From the NCBI GenBank assembly GCA_022483045.1, contig JAKVOA010000001.1, forward strand, positions 207,750 through 271,749: a stretch of 64,000 bases of DNA, given 5' to 3'. The stretch comes from Oscillospiraceae bacterium. Its GTDB lineage: Bacteria > Bacillota > Clostridia > Oscillospirales > Acutalibacteraceae. Below, in pieces: positions 27,403-40,082 of the stretch (position 1 is its first letter; every line of letters starts with the position of its first letter). The notes under the pieces are model-generated. The model saw only the letters and a program-made list of their open reading frames with translations, was not told the origin of the DNA and did not search any database. A program made the position numbers and the translations under genes.

Positions 27403-27480
27403 TGTTATAATTATAAAAGCTTTGAAGCGAAATTCCTTTATAATTTTTAATTTTTCATTTTTGGAAAATAGTGCTATAAT
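27403..27480 (+). promoter_or_regulatory. two tandem extended -10 promoter-like elements (TGtTATAAT at 27403-27411; TGcTATAAT at 27472-27480)
   Basis: Both read directly from the sequence in the AT-rich region 100-175 nt upstream of the first V-ATPase gene. Confidence 0.45.
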
Positions 27481-27578
27481 AACTTTATTCAGACAAAGCT
27501 TTAAAGCAGACCTGTAAAGAGCAGCTGTTCCCTCCTGCTTTTTGCAGAAATTTTTACAAGGATGGGCGGTGGCAGTTT

Positions 27579-27890
27579 TTGGCAAAAGAAACAATCGATG
27601 CAATCCGTAAGGTAGAGCTTGAAACACAGCAGTCCGAAAAGGATGCACACGCCAAAGCAGAGCAAACGGTCCGGCAGGCACAGGCGGATGCGGCAGCTTT
27701 GCTGAAAGACACAGAAAAGGCTGAGAGACAGAAAGCGCAGCAGACACTGCTCAGGGAGCAGGACCAGGAAAAAATAATGCTGCAGGAAAAAGAAAAAGAG
27801 ACCAGCCGGCAGCTGGCTGCCCTGCGGCAGGCTGCTGCTGAAAGAGAGAACCAGGCAGTCGGCGCAGTTTTGCAGGCGCTGGCTGAATGA
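27579..27890 (+). CDS. V-type ATPase small coiled-coil (peripheral-stalk G/H-like) subunit
   Basis: 103-aa Ala/Glu/Gln/Lys-rich helical protein with a TTG start. It is the first gene of the ntp-like operon, the same position as the small stalk subunit in the Enterococcus hirae ntp operon. Confidence 0.55.
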   Translation: MAKETIDAIRKVELETQQSEKDAHAKAEQTVRQAQADAAALLKDTEKAERQKAQQTLLREQDQEKIMLQEKEKETSRQLAALRQAAAERENQAVGAVLQALAE

Positions 27891-27920
27891 CGAAAACTGT
27901 AGGAAAGGAGTGGTGCGTTT

Positions 27921-30421
<2,501 letters not shown>

Positions 30422-30488
30422 GAATGATAGGCCTGCATATGCGGGAATATCATGCCATACAAAATAAACGCGATACAACTTTGGCGGG

Positions 30489-31091
30489 ATGGGTATGACT
30501 ATGACTGGTTTAGAAAAAATTATGGAAGACATCCGTCAGGAGTCCGGCGGGGTTGTCTCTAAAATAACAGAAGAAGCAGGGGCTCAGGCTGCGGGTATCG
30601 GAAAAGATGCCCAGGACCAGGCGGAAAAGCTTTGCCTGCAGATACAGCATGAAACCGAAAGAAAAGCAGCCGACAGCAAAGCCCGCGCAGCCTCTGCAGC
30701 ACAGCTGCAGCAGCGGCAGAGCTTGCTTGCCTGCAAGCAGGAACTTATTGCGGGCGTGCTGCAGAAAGCACTGCAGAAAGCTTCTGCCTTGCCGGCAGAA
30801 GAATACTTTGCCGCTGTCATCAAAATGGCGGCAGGAGCCGCACACGCGGGGGCGGGCGAGATTTGCTTTAATCAGCGTGACCTTGGCCGCCTGCCTGCCG
30901 GCTTTGAAGCAAAGCTGAACAAGGCCTTGAAAACAGGCGCAAGCCTGCATGTGTCTAAAAAAACGGCCGAAATTGACAGCGGCTTTCTGCTGCTGTACAA
31001 CGGCATTGAAGAAAACTGTTCCTTTGACGCGGTCCTTGCTGCCAGGCATGAGGAGCTGCAGGATAAGGTACGGGCAATCCTGTTCCCATGA
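30489..31091 (+). CDS. ntpE: V-type ATPase subunit E
   Basis: 200-aa protein with a coiled-coil N-terminus and a globular C-terminus, at the operon position after K. The start is ambiguous (ATG 30489, 30495 or 30501). Confidence 0.75.
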   Translation: MGMTMTGLEKIMEDIRQESGGVVSKITEEAGAQAAGIGKDAQDQAEKLCLQIQHETERKAADSKARAASAAQLQQRQSLLACKQELIAGVLQKALQKASALPAEEYFAAVIKMAAGAAHAGAGEICFNQRDLGRLPAGFEAKLNKALKTGASLHVSKKTAEIDSGFLLLYNGIEENCSFDAVLAARHEELQDKVRAILFP

Positions 31092-31127
31092 CGGCAGGAA
31101 AAATGAGAACAAAAGGAGGGACCGGAT

Positions 31128-32093
31128 ATGCCTGATGACAGTTTTATTTATGCGGTTGCACGCATTCGTACCAAAGAACTGCAGCTGCTGAATGCCTCCT
31201 TTCTGGAACAGCTGCTGGCCGCCCCCAACGAAGAGCAGTGCCTGCGCCTTTTGCAGGAGCGCGGCTGGGGCGAAAGCGGTATGGGCGCCGAAGAAATGCT
31301 GACGCAGGAATACCGAAAAACCTGGGATTTGATTGGGGAACTGGTAGAGGATAAATCTATTTTTGATGTATTCCTATATCAGTATGATTACCATAATCTG
31401 AAAGCGGCTGTCAAAGAAAGCTGCACCGCCGGTACACATCCGGGTATTTTTGTGCAGCAGGGCACTATTCCGTATACACGCATACAGGAAGCTGTGGAAA
31501 AGCGCGACTATTCGCTGCTGCCAGAGCGCATGCGCAAAACAGCAGAGGAAGCAACCAATACGCTGCTGCATACCCGCGACGGACAGCTGTGCGACTGCAT
31601 TATCGACCGCGCAGCGCTGATTGAAATTGAACGTGCGGGAAAAGAAACCAAGAATGAGCTGCTGGCTTTATATGGGGAGCTGACCGCAGCGACGGCAGAC
31701 ATCAAAACGGCGCTGCGCGCTGAGGCAACAGGAAAAGACCGCGCATTTCTGCAACGCAGCCTTGCCCCATGCGATACGCTCGATATTGCCCGCTTAACTG
31801 ACGCCGCCTTGGAAAGCTTCGATGCAGTGTGCAGCTACTTGGATACGACGCCCTACGCCGACGCCGTGCCGGAGCTGCGTATTTCCGCAGCTGCCTTTGA
31901 GCGCTGGTGCGACAACCTGATGATTCGCCGCATTCGCCCGCAGCTGCACAATCCTTTCGGTATCGGGCCGCTTGCCGCGTACATTCTTGCACGCGAGAGC
32001 GAGATTAAGACCGTGCGGATTATTTTATCTGGAAAGCACAACGGCCTTTCGGAAAAATCAATTCGGGAAAGGGTAAGGGAAACGTATGTATAA
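31128..32093 (+). CDS. ntpC: V-type ATPase subunit C (d-type)
   Basis: 321 aa with the YAVARIRTKE N-terminus typical of the family. AAGGAGGG RBS. Confidence 0.8.
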   Translation: MPDDSFIYAVARIRTKELQLLNASFLEQLLAAPNEEQCLRLLQERGWGESGMGAEEMLTQEYRKTWDLIGELVEDKSIFDVFLYQYDYHNLKAAVKESCTAGTHPGIFVQQGTIPYTRIQEAVEKRDYSLLPERMRKTAEEATNTLLHTRDGQLCDCIIDRAALIEIERAGKETKNELLALYGELTAATADIKTALRAEATGKDRAFLQRSLAPCDTLDIARLTDAALESFDAVCSYLDTTPYADAVPELRISAAAFERWCDNLMIRRIRPQLHNPFGIGPLAAYILARESEIKTVRIILSGKHNGLSEKSIRERVRETYV

Positions 32094-32412
32094 AGTGGCA
32101 GTCATGGGCGACTGGGACAGTATCTATGGATTTGGCGCACTGGGTCTAGACACCTTTCGCTTTACCGCAGAGCAGGGCGAGGAAGCAGGCAAAACGCTGC
32201 GCAAACTGGCCGAGGCGGACTACGCCGTTATTTATGTAACCGAGGCGCTTGCCGCGCAGATGCAGCGGCAGATTTCTTACTATAAAAGTATGCCAAGACC
32301 GGCAATTATCCTGATTCCGGGTATTTCCGGCAATACGGGAGAGGGGCTTGCCGCCGTGAAAAAATCGGTGGAGCAGGCGGTCGGTTCCGACATTTTGTTT
32401 CAGAATCAATAG
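32086..32412 (+). CDS. V-type ATPase subunit F
   Basis: 108 aa, MYKVAVMGDWDSIYGFGALGLD..., overlapping the end of the C subunit gene. Confidence 0.8.
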   Translation: MYKVAVMGDWDSIYGFGALGLDTFRFTAEQGEEAGKTLRKLAEADYAVIYVTEALAAQMQRQISYYKSMPRPAIILIPGISGNTGEGLAAVKKSVEQAVGSDILFQNQ

Positions 32413-32534
32413 CAGCATAACTGAAAAAGCCGAAGAAACCCACAGCGCTTTTTCTGCGGCGGGCAAAAAAATTGCCGTCCGCCGGCACGGTGCAGAGAAA
32501 ACAGCGCTTTGCGGGAAGAAAGGATAGCTGTTTC

Positions 32535-34310
32535 ATGAGTAAAGGAACGATCAAAAAAGTTGCCGGGCCTTTGGTCGTCGCCAGAGGAATGCGCGACGCA
32601 AATATGTTTGACGTTGTGCGTGTCAGCGACGAGCGGCTGATCGGCGAAATTATAGAGATACACGGCGATGAGGCTTCTGTACAGGTATACGAGGAAACCT
32701 CTGGTCTGGCACCGGGAGCACCGGTCGAGTCAACTGGTGCCCCCATGAGCGTGGAACTTGGGCCGGGCCTGATCGGCAGCATCTATGACGGCATTCAGCG
32801 CCCGCTGGATACCATTATGGAGGTGACAGGCAGCAACCTGCTGAAGCGCGGGGTCGAGGTTCCGTCCCTCAAGCGCGACAAGGTCTGGCACTTTGTGCCG
32901 GAAAAAAAGGTGGGCGATAAAGTTGTCTCCGGCGATATTATCGGCAAGGTACAGGAAACACGCATTGTCACCCAGAAAATCATGGTTCCGCCGGGCATTT
33001 CTGGTACGATTAAAAGCATTGCCGAGGGCGATTACCATGTGACCGATTCGGTTGCGGTGCTCACAGATCAAAGCGGAAAAGATCAGCCGGTTACCTTAAT
33101 GCAGAAGTGGCCTGTCCGGCGCGGCCGGCCCTATCAGCAGAAGCTGTCGCCAAACCGCCCGCTGGTTACCGGGCAGCGCGTAATCGACACGCTGTTCCCC
33201 ATTGCAAAAGGCGGCGTTGCCGCAGTGCCAGGGCCTTTTGGTTCTGGTAAAACAGTGGTGCAGCATCAGCTTGCCAAGTGGGCCGATGCGGATATCGTGG
33301 TTTATATCGGCTGCGGCGAACGCGGCAACGAAATGACCGATGTTTTAAATGAATTCCCGGCACTGAAAGACCCGAAAACCGGCTATTCGCTGATGGAGCG
33401 CACCGTGCTGATTGCAAATACTTCCGATATGCCTGTGGCTGCACGTGAAGCTTCCATTTATACCGGTATTACGATTGCAGAGTATTTCCGTGATATGGGC
33501 TATTCTGTGGCACTGATGGCAGACTCCACTTCCCGCTGGGCAGAGGCTCTGCGTGAAATGAGCGGCCGCTTGGAAGAAATGCCCGGTGAAGAGGGCTACC
33601 CAGCCTATTTGTCTTCTCGTTTGGCTCAGTTTTACGAGCGCGCCGGCCGTGTGGTGGCTTTGGGCAGCGACAACCGCGAGGGTGCGCTTTCCGTAATCGG
33701 TGCTGTTTCGCCGGCCGGCGGCGATATTTCAGAGCCGGTCACGCAGGCAACGCTGCGCATTGTCAAAGTTTTCTGGGGCTTGGATGCCAACCTTGCCTAT
33801 AAGCGGCATTTTCCCTCTATCAACTGGCTGACCAGTTATTCGCTGTATACAGATTCTTTAGGGGATTGGTTTAATCAGAACGTTGGCGAAAACTGGATGC
33901 AGATGCGCGGCGATATTATGCGCCTGCTGCATGACGAGTCAGAACTCAACGAAATGGTACAGCTGGTCGGTATGGATGCCCTTTCTGCACCGGACCGCCT
34001 GAAAATGGAGGCGGCGCGCAGTATCCGTGAAGATTACCTGCAGCAGAACGCGTTCCATGAAGTGGACACATACGCTTCCCTGCACAAGCAGTACCTGATG
34101 ATGCAGATGATTTTGGATTACTATGATTTCTCTAAGCAGGCTCTAGAGCAGGGTGCCTCTATCGACAAACTGGTCAGTATGCCGGCACGCGAAAAGATTG
34201 GGCGCTTTAAATATATACCGGAAGACCAGATCGACGAGGCCTACCCGCAGCTGATTCATGAGCTGCAGACTGAAATCGGGAACATTACGGCAGCAAAGGA
34301 GGATTTATAA
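32535..34310 (+). CDS. ntpA: V-type ATPase catalytic subunit A
   Basis: Walker [10 protein letters not shown]. Start at ATG 32535 ([16 protein letters not shown]). The ORF track's upstream extension lacks an RBS. Confidence 0.92.
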   Translation: MSKGTIKKVAGPLVVARGMRDANMFDVVRVSDERLIGEIIEIHGDEASVQVYEETSGLAPGAPVESTGAPMSVELGPGLIGSIYDGIQRPLDTIMEVTGSNLLKRGVEVPSLKRDKVWHFVPEKKVGDKVVSGDIIGKVQETRIVTQKIMVPPGISGTIKSIAEGDYHVTDSVAVLTDQSGKDQPVTLMQKWPVRRGRPYQQKLSPNRPLVTGQRVIDTLFPIAKGGVAAVPGPFGSGKTVVQHQLAKWADADIVVYIGCGERGNEMTDVLNEFPALKDPKTGYSLMERTVLIANTSDMPVAAREASIYTGITIAEYFRDMGYSVALMADSTSRWAEALREMSGRLEEMPGEEGYPAYLSSRLAQFYERAGRVVALGSDNREGALSVIGAVSPAGGDISEPVTQATLRIVKVFWGLDANLAYKRHFPSINWLTSYSLYTDSLGDWFNQNVGENWMQMRGDIMRLLHDESELNEMVQLVGMDALSAPDRLKMEAARSIREDYLQQNAFHEVDTYASLHKQYLMMQMILDYYDFSKQALEQGASIDKLVSMPAREKIGRFKYIPEDQIDEAYPQLIHELQTEIGNITAAKEDL

Positions 34311-35714
34311 ATGCCCAAGGAATACAGAACGATCCAGGAAGTTGCGGGTCCTCTGATGCTGGTCCGCGGTGTTGAAAATGTTGCATACGATGAATTAGGC
34401 GAAATTGAGCTGGCAAGCGGCGAAAAACGCCGCTGCAAGGTACTGGAAATCGACGACGGCAACGCACTGGTGCAGCTGTTTGAAAATTCCGCCGGTATTA
34501 ACCTGCAAAGCAGTAAAGTCCGCTTTTTGGGCCGCAGTATGGAGCTCGGCGTTTCAGAAGATATCCTTTCCCGTGTGTTTGATGGACTGGGCCGCCCGAT
34601 TGACGGCGGACCGGATATTCTGCCCGAAGAGCGGCGCGATATCAATGGCCTGCCGATGAACCCTGCTGCCCGCAGCTACCCGCAGGAGTTTATCCAGACC
34701 GGTGTTTCTGCTATTGATGGCCTAAATACGCTGGTCCGCGGCCAAAAGCTGCCGATTTTCTCTGCCTCCGGCTTGCCGCACGCGCAGCTTGCCGCGCAGA
34801 TTGCGCGCCAGGCTAAGGTGGTTGGCACCGATGAGCCTTTCGCGGTTGTCTTTGCCGCCATGGGTATCACTTTTGAGGAGGCCAACTTTTTTATTCAGAG
34901 CTTTAAAGAAACCGGCGCCATTGATCGTACCGTACTGTTTATCAACTTGGCAAATGACCCGGCTGTCGAGCGCATTGCAACACCGCGTATGGCCCTGACT
35001 GCCGCCGAATATCTTGCTTTCAAAAAAGATATGCACGTACTGGTTATTCTAACGGATATTACGAACTACGCGGATGCGCTGCGTGAAATTTCCGCCGCAC
35101 GAAAAGAAGTGCCAGGCCGCCGCGGGTATCCGGGCTATATGTACACCGACTTGGCGTCCCTTTACGAACGCGCCGGCCGCCAAAAAGGCAAGAAAGGCTC
35201 TATAACCCTGATTCCTATTTTGACCATGCCAGAAGACGACAAGACCCACCCGATTCCTGACCTGACCGGCTACATCACCGAGGGCCAGATCATTCTGAGC
35301 CGCGATTTGTACCGCAAGGGGATTCAGCCGCCTATCGATGTACTGCCCTCTCTTTCCCGCTTGAAAGATAAGGGCATTGGTAAAGGCAAGACCCGCGAGG
35401 ACCATGCCGATTTGTTAAACCAGTTGTTTGCGGCGTATGCGCGCGGCAAAGACGCAAAGGAACTGATGATGATTTTGGGCGAAGCTGCCCTGACGGATAT
35501 TGATAAGCTGTACGCAAAGTTTGCGGAAGAATTCGAAAAAGAATATGTTTCGCAGGGTTACCGCACCGACCGCAGCATTGAGGAAACACTGAACCTTGGT
35601 TGGAAGCTGCTGCGTATTCTGCCGCGCTCGGAACTCAAGCGTATCAAAGACGAATATCTGGATAAATACTATGAGGAAAAACCTGCAGAAACGATCGAGC
35701 AGACCAAGGCGTAA
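34311..35714 (+). CDS. ntpB: V-type ATPase subunit B
   Basis: 467 aa with [19 protein letters not shown]-terminus. AAGGAGG RBS. Confidence 0.92.
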   Translation: MPKEYRTIQEVAGPLMLVRGVENVAYDELGEIELASGEKRRCKVLEIDDGNALVQLFENSAGINLQSSKVRFLGRSMELGVSEDILSRVFDGLGRPIDGGPDILPEERRDINGLPMNPAARSYPQEFIQTGVSAIDGLNTLVRGQKLPIFSASGLPHAQLAAQIARQAKVVGTDEPFAVVFAAMGITFEEANFFIQSFKETGAIDRTVLFINLANDPAVERIATPRMALTAAEYLAFKKDMHVLVILTDITNYADALREISAARKEVPGRRGYPGYMYTDLASLYERAGRQKGKKGSITLIPILTMPEDDKTHPIPDLTGYITEGQIILSRDLYRKGIQPPIDVLPSLSRLKDKGIGKGKTREDHADLLNQLFAAYARGKDAKELMMILGEAALTDIDKLYAKFAEEFEKEYVSQGYRTDRSIEETLNLGWKLLRILPRSELKRIKDEYLDKYYEEKPAETIEQTKA

Positions 35715-35747
35715 CAGCCGGCGCCTGCTCTAAAAGGAGGTGCAGCT

Positions 35748-36422
35748 TTGCCAGCGGCAAATGTAAATCCAACGCGAATGGAATTGACGCGCCTGAAAAA
35801 GAAACTGATTACTGCCCGGCGCGGCCACAAGCTTTTGAAAGATAAGCGCGACGAGCTGATGCGCCAGTTTCTCAGTTTGGTGCGCGAAAATATGGATATG
35901 CGCAAAAAAGTGGAGCAGGGGATTAAAGAAGCCAATCAGAATTTTGTGTTGGCGCGCTCTGCTATGTCCGACGAAGCGGTGCGGGTCGCTTTTATGGCGC
36001 CCAAGCAGGAAGTCTCGCTTTCGATTGCGACCCGCAATGTAATGAGTGTCGAGATTCCGGTCTATACACCGCACACCCGCACTTCTGACAGCAATGACAT
36101 CTACTCTTATGGTTATGCCTTTACTTCTGGGGAACTGGACGATGCGGTCAAAAAGCTGTCTGACCTGCTGCCGGATATGCTCAAGCTGGCGGAAAGCGAA
36201 AAATCCTGTCAGCTGCTTGCGTCAGAAATTGAAAAGACGCGCCGGCGCGTAAATGCACTGGAGCATGTCATGATTCCGCAGATGGAAGTCAATATCAAAT
36301 TTATTACCATGAAATTGGACGAAAATGAGCGCAGCTCACAGGTTCGCCTAATGAAGGTAAAAGATATGATGTTGGAAGAAGCACATCATTACAAAGAACG
36401 GCAGGAAGAAGAATACGCGTAA
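35748..36422 (+). CDS. ntpD: V-type ATPase subunit D
   Basis: 224 aa with [15 protein letters not shown]-terminus. TTG start 7 nt after AAGGAGG. Confidence 0.88.
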   Translation: MPAANVNPTRMELTRLKKKLITARRGHKLLKDKRDELMRQFLSLVRENMDMRKKVEQGIKEANQNFVLARSAMSDEAVRVAFMAPKQEVSLSIATRNVMSVEIPVYTPHTRTSDSNDIYSYGYAFTSGELDDAVKKLSDLLPDMLKLAESEKSCQLLASEIEKTRRRVNALEHVMIPQMEVNIKFITMKLDENERSSQVRLMKVKDMMLEEAHHYKERQEEEYA

Positions 36423-36445
36423 AACAATGCGTTGCTAAAAGTTTT

Positions 36446-36488
36446 CCGCTGCAGAGGCTGTGTCTGCGGCGGGACTTTTTGCTTTTTT
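36446..36488 (+). terminator. terminator of the V-ATPase operon
   Basis: 10-bp stem CCGCTGCAGA / TCTGCGGCGG with one G-U pair, followed by a TTTTTGCTTTTTT tract. Confidence 0.65.
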
Positions 36489-36529
36489 GCACAAAGACGG
36501 TTGCCTTTGCACAGGAGGAGTTTTATCTC

Positions 36530-37054
36530 ATGCAAATACATATTGAATTGGGCGATATTACGGTCTGCCGCACCGACGCCATTGTCAATGCGGCGAATAC
36601 GACCCTTTTGGGCGGCGGTGGGGTAGACGGTGCCATTCACCGGGCGGCCGGACCACAGCTGCTGGAAGAATGCCGCACACTGCACGGCTGCCGTACCGGG
36701 CAAGCGAAGCTAACAAAGGGTTACCGCCTGCCCGCAAAGTATGTCATTCATACGCCTGGGCCGATTTGGCGGGGCGGCACAGCGGGGGAGGATGTACTTT
36801 TGGTTTCCTGTTACAAAAGCTGCCTGTACCTGGCGGAAAAACAGGGCTGCCATACTGTGGCGTTTCCCTCTATCAGCACGGGCGTTTACCGTTTCCCGCT
36901 GGAGCGCGCAGCAAAAATTGCTGTACGGGAAATTGCAGATTTTTTAAAGACAGCTGTGCAGGTAACAGATGTATCGATCGTTTGCTTTGACAAAGCCACG
37001 CAGGCTGCCTATGAAACAGCACTTGCAGATTGGCAAAAGGCCGCAAAAAGTTGA
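36530..37054 (+). CDS. macro-domain protein (O-acetyl-ADP-ribose deacetylase, YmdB-like)
   Basis: [24 protein letters not shown] motif. ATG 36530 is preceded by AGGAGGAG. Confidence 0.85.
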   Translation: MQIHIELGDITVCRTDAIVNAANTTLLGGGGVDGAIHRAAGPQLLEECRTLHGCRTGQAKLTKGYRLPAKYVIHTPGPIWRGGTAGEDVLLVSCYKSCLYLAEKQGCHTVAFPSISTGVYRFPLERAAKIAVREIADFLKTAVQVTDVSIVCFDKATQAAYETALADWQKAAKS

Positions 37055-37071
37055 GGCCTGCCGTATGTTGG

Positions 37072-37118
37072 GTACAAAAAATTCCTTCGGAAAAAGATTC
37101 CGAAGGAATTTTTTGTAC
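37072..37118. terminator. bidirectional terminator between the macro-domain gene and the plsY-like gene
   Basis: 19-bp perfect stem GTACAAAAAATTCCTTCGG / CCGAAGGAATTTTTTGTAC. Confidence 0.75.
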
Positions 37119-37122
37119 ATTT

Positions 37123-37770
37123 TTAGTTGGAGCGATGTGCACGCAGACGAAGCAGCGGCTTGCCTAAGGTGACACCGGCTTTTTCGTGGTTTGGGTTAAA
37201 TGCTAGTTTCAGCACAACAATGAAAGATGCAGCTAAAAAAGCGACGCGCACGAAAAAACTCTGTTCTTGAAACAACGAAAACAAGAAAGAAATGCAGATG
37301 CTGACGCCCACGGACAGGGAATCCGGGTGAATAACAATGATAAATTTAAATAGAACGACAAAAACAAGAAGCAGCAGGACAATCTTTGACAGGCTCCACA
37401 AACCAAGCAGCGCACCAAACAGAGAGGAAATTCCTTTTCCGCCCCGGAACTTTAAGAATGGGGAAAATACATGCCCCAGTACCGGCGCCGCTGTCACGGG
37501 AATCAGCTGTATTTCCCGTATGCCGCCAACCTTTACCGCCAGCAGGACCGGAATAAAAGCTTTTAAAACGTCCAGCACAATGCACAGCAGACCAATCCCC
37601 ATTCCGGCCGCGTGTATGGCGTTCATGCCTCCGGGATTATGGTCGGCGGCCGTTTTGCGTATATCTATTTTACAGAAGACTTTGGGAATCCAGTAGGAAT
37701 ACATGACAGCACCGGAGAAAAAACCGACCGCGCTGTAAAAAATCCACGAAGTCAAAAGAACCGATTTCAT
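37123..37770 (-). CDS. plsY: PlsY-family acyl-phosphate:glycerol-3-phosphate acyltransferase paralogue (divergent motif 1)
   Basis: 215-aa polytopic protein with motif GHVFSPFLKFRGGKGISS conserved. The GSGNxGxTN block reads ADHNPGGMN instead. ATGA overlap with the upstream GT gene. Confidence 0.65.
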   Translation of the reverse strand: MKSVLLTSWIFYSAVGFFSGAVMYSYWIPKVFCKIDIRKTAADHNPGGMNAIHAAGMGIGLLCIVLDVLKAFIPVLLAVKVGGIREIQLIPVTAAPVLGHVFSPFLKFRGGKGISSLFGALLGLWSLSKIVLLLLVFVVLFKFIIVIHPDSLSVGVSICISFLFSLFQEQSFFVRVAFLAASFIVVLKLAFNPNHEKAGVTLGKPLLRLRAHRSN

Positions 37771-38909
37771 ATAGTTTCCCCTTTTTGTACAGTTTCCTGT
37801 AAAGAATTTTGTCCGGTACGCCCCACTTCGATTAAGTAGTCGGCAATCCGCTCGGCCGCGTTGGCGGGGATAAAGCGCTTTTGTGCAGCAATCATCTTCT
37901 GTGCGGCGGCGGGGTAGCAGGCAAGGCGGCAGGCCTCCTTTGCGGCACGCTCAATATTTTCGGAAAAAGCGGCCGCACCGACAGAGGCCAGGTACTCGGC
38001 GTTGCGGTCTTCACAGCCCGGAATCGGCCGGGTCAGGACCGTGGGAACACGCTTGGTCAGCGCTTCTGTGGAAGAGAGCCCGCCGGGTTTTGTCAAAACA
38101 ACGTCGGCTGCGTCCATCAGGAGAGAAACATGGTTTGTATACTCCATTGGAATTACGCGGTCAATGTGGGAAAGCGCCTGAAAAAGCCGCTGGTTATGTC
38201 CGCACAGGGCAACCACCTGTGCATGCGGGTCTGCAGCTGTCAGAGCAATTGCTAATTCTTTCATCTTTCCGTAGCCCATGCTGCCGCCCATGACTAAGTA
38301 CATGTGCTCTGCACGCATCTGAAACCAGCGGCGGGCCTCCTCTTTGGGGCGGCTGTCAGAAAAAGCGGCCGCGACCGGAATACCGAGTGGCTTCAGCTTT
38401 TCTTTGGGAATACCTTTTGTGGCAAAGTCCGTTATTTGGTACTTTGAGGGAATGATATAACTTGTCAGGTTAGACTCTTCCCAAAAAGGAATGCAGGTAT
38501 AGTCAGTGGCAATACCAACGGCAGGGATGCGCAGCCCATAGTGTTCCTGCAGGCAGGTAACAGCCTGTGCACTGAAAATATGCGTACAAATTAGCACATC
38601 CGGCTGCAGGCGCCGCACAAGATAAGCAAGCTGCCGCGCGTAAAGCGTGTTGGCTGCATAGATAGGGGAGCGCCCCTGCGGCGAAGAAATCAGTTCGCCC
38701 AAATGATAAAGAAAGCCAAAAAATCGCGGCGAGTTTACAGTCGTTTTTCCGTAAAGTTTTGCAACCCGCTGAGAAATTTCTTTATTCTGCAGTTTCAGTA
38801 CGTCCAGTGTATGGGCAGTGCAGCCTTTTGCCCTCAGCGCTTCTGCAACAGCCAGCGCAGCGGAGTTGTGCCCCTGGCCGGTCGCTGTAGAGAGGATTAA
38901 AAATTTCAT
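37767..38909 (-). CDS. MGDG-synthase-like glycosyltransferase (GT28, diacylglycerol glycosyltransferase family)
   Basis: N-terminus MKFLILSTATGQGHNSAALAVAEAL typical of the MGDG synthase/UgtP family. 380 aa. Confidence 0.75.
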   Translation of the reverse strand: MKFLILSTATGQGHNSAALAVAEALRAKGCTAHTLDVLKLQNKEISQRVAKLYGKTTVNSPRFFGFLYHLGELISSPQGRSPIYAANTLYARQLAYLVRRLQPDVLICTHIFSAQAVTCLQEHYGLRIPAVGIATDYTCIPFWEESNLTSYIIPSKYQITDFATKGIPKEKLKPLGIPVAAAFSDSRPKEEARRWFQMRAEHMYLVMGGSMGYGKMKELAIALTAADPHAQVVALCGHNQRLFQALSHIDRVIPMEYTNHVSLLMDAADVVLTKPGGLSSTEALTKRVPTVLTRPIPGCEDRNAEYLASVGAAAFSENIERAAKEACRLACYPAAAQKMIAAQKRFIPANAAERIADYLIEVGRTGQNSLQETVQKGETI

Positions 38910-39039
38910 TTCATCACACCAAATTGTTCATTTTTGTACGTTTCTATTCTATATCAGGTACATCTTTTTTGCAATTCCCAAAAATACCGAAAATTTTTTA
39001 TTTCTGCAGGGCTTTACCGCCTTGCCGGAAACAGAGAGA

Positions 39040-39067
39040 TTGACAAGACCGGGCAAAATGCTATAAT
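39040..39067 (+). promoter_or_regulatory. near-consensus sigma-A promoter (TTGACA - 16 nt - TGcTATAAT)
   Basis: -35 at 39040-39045 and extended -10 at 39059-39067, just upstream of the TPP riboswitch. Confidence 0.7.
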
Positions 39068-39082
39068 ATTTTTATAATCAAA

Positions 39083-39185
39083 TAAGGGGAGCTTGTGAAA
39101 ACAGGCTGAGAGGAAGCTTCTGCGCTTCGACCCTGACACCTGATGTGGACAATGCCACCGTAGGAAGCAGTGAAACTTGCTGAAA
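39083..39185 (+). promoter_or_regulatory. TPP (THI-box) riboswitch
   Basis: Conserved GGGGAGC...CTGAGA...ACCCTGACACCTGATGTGGACAATGCCACCGTAGGAAG core. Precedes thiM-thiE-thiD. Confidence 0.85.
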
Positions 39186-39190
39186 AGCGG

Positions 39191-39226
39191 AGAGCAGGCC
39201 CTTTGGGGTTTGCCCTCTTTTTTATT
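39191..39226 (+). terminator. putative riboswitch expression-platform terminator
   Basis: Imperfect hairpin AGAGCAGGCCC...GGGTTTGCCCTCT followed by TTTTTT, about 35 nt before the thiM start. Confidence 0.45.
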
Positions 39227-39260
39227 TCCCGGGGGCTGAAAAAATGGGAGGAATCTTAAA

Positions 39261-40082
39261 ATGCTGAGTCAAATGCTGGAAAATGTGCGCAGCGGACAGC
39301 CGCTGGTACATAATATTACAAATTATGTTACGGTAAATGACTGCGCGAATATTCTGCTGGCCTGCGGCGGTTCGCCGATTATGGCAGATGAACCGCAGGA
39401 AGCGGAGGACATCACAGCGGTATGCGGTGGGCTGAATCTCAACATCGGCACGCTCAACAGCCACACAATTCCCGCTATGCTTGCCGCGGGCAAAAAGGCA
39501 AATACTCTGGGCCACCCGGTGCTGCTGGACCCGGTTGGCGCGGGAGCTTCACGTCTGCGCACAGAGACAGCGCTGCGCCTGGTGCGTGAGGTAAAGCTTA
39601 CAGCGGTGCGCGGCAACGTCTCTGAAATGAAGACGATTGCTTTTGGTGCCGGCTCTACCAAGGGGGTAGATGCAGATGCACTCGACGCTGTGACAGAGGC
39701 ATCTCTGCCAAAAGCAGTGGCTTTTGCAAAGGACCTTTCGCAGAGAATCAATGCAGTGGTTGCCATGACCGGCGCCATTGATATCGTTGCAGACAGCCAG
39801 ACTGCCTATGTGATTCGCAACGGCTGCCCGATGATGAGCCGCATTACCGGTTCTGGCTGCATGCTCAGCGCAATGATGACCGCTTACCTTACCGCAAACC
39901 CAAAAGAGCCGCTGCGGGCTGCCGCTGCGGCTGTGTGTGCCATGGGGCTGTGCGGCGAGGCCGCCTTTGCGCGCTTAAAAGAGCACGAGGGCAGTGCAAC
40001 TTTCCGTACCTATCTGATAGATGAAGTGTATTGCTTAAACGGCAAAACACTGGAAGAGGGTGCAAAGTATGAAATGCAGTAA
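39261..40082 (+). CDS. thiM: hydroxyethylthiazole kinase
   Basis: PLVHNITNYVTVNDCANILLACGGSPIMAD N-terminal signature. 273 aa. Confidence 0.9.
   Translation: MLSQMLENVRSGQPLVHNITNYVTVNDCANILLACGGSPIMADEPQEAEDITAVCGGLNLNIGTLNSHTIPAMLAAGKKANTLGHPVLLDPVGAGASRLRTETALRLVREVKLTAVRGNVSEMKTIAFGAGSTKGVDADALDAVTEASLPKAVAFAKDLSQRINAVVAMTGAIDIVADSQTAYVIRNGCPMMSRITGSGCMLSAMMTAYLTANPKEPLRAAAAAVCAMGLCGEAAFARLKEHEGSATFRTYLIDEVYCLNGKTLEEGAKYEMQ

Noticed and set aside
27311-27517. 68-aa hydrophobic plus-strand ORF upstream of the V-ATPase operon
   Set aside because: It lies entirely in AT-rich promoter DNA containing three TATAAT boxes. The Phe/Ile/Leu richness comes from T-rich sequence, and there is no RBS.
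39083-39226. Structured leader upstream of thiM as a possible novel RNA
   Set aside because: It matches the well-known TPP/THI-box riboswitch core, so it is annotated as a feature rather than a novelty.
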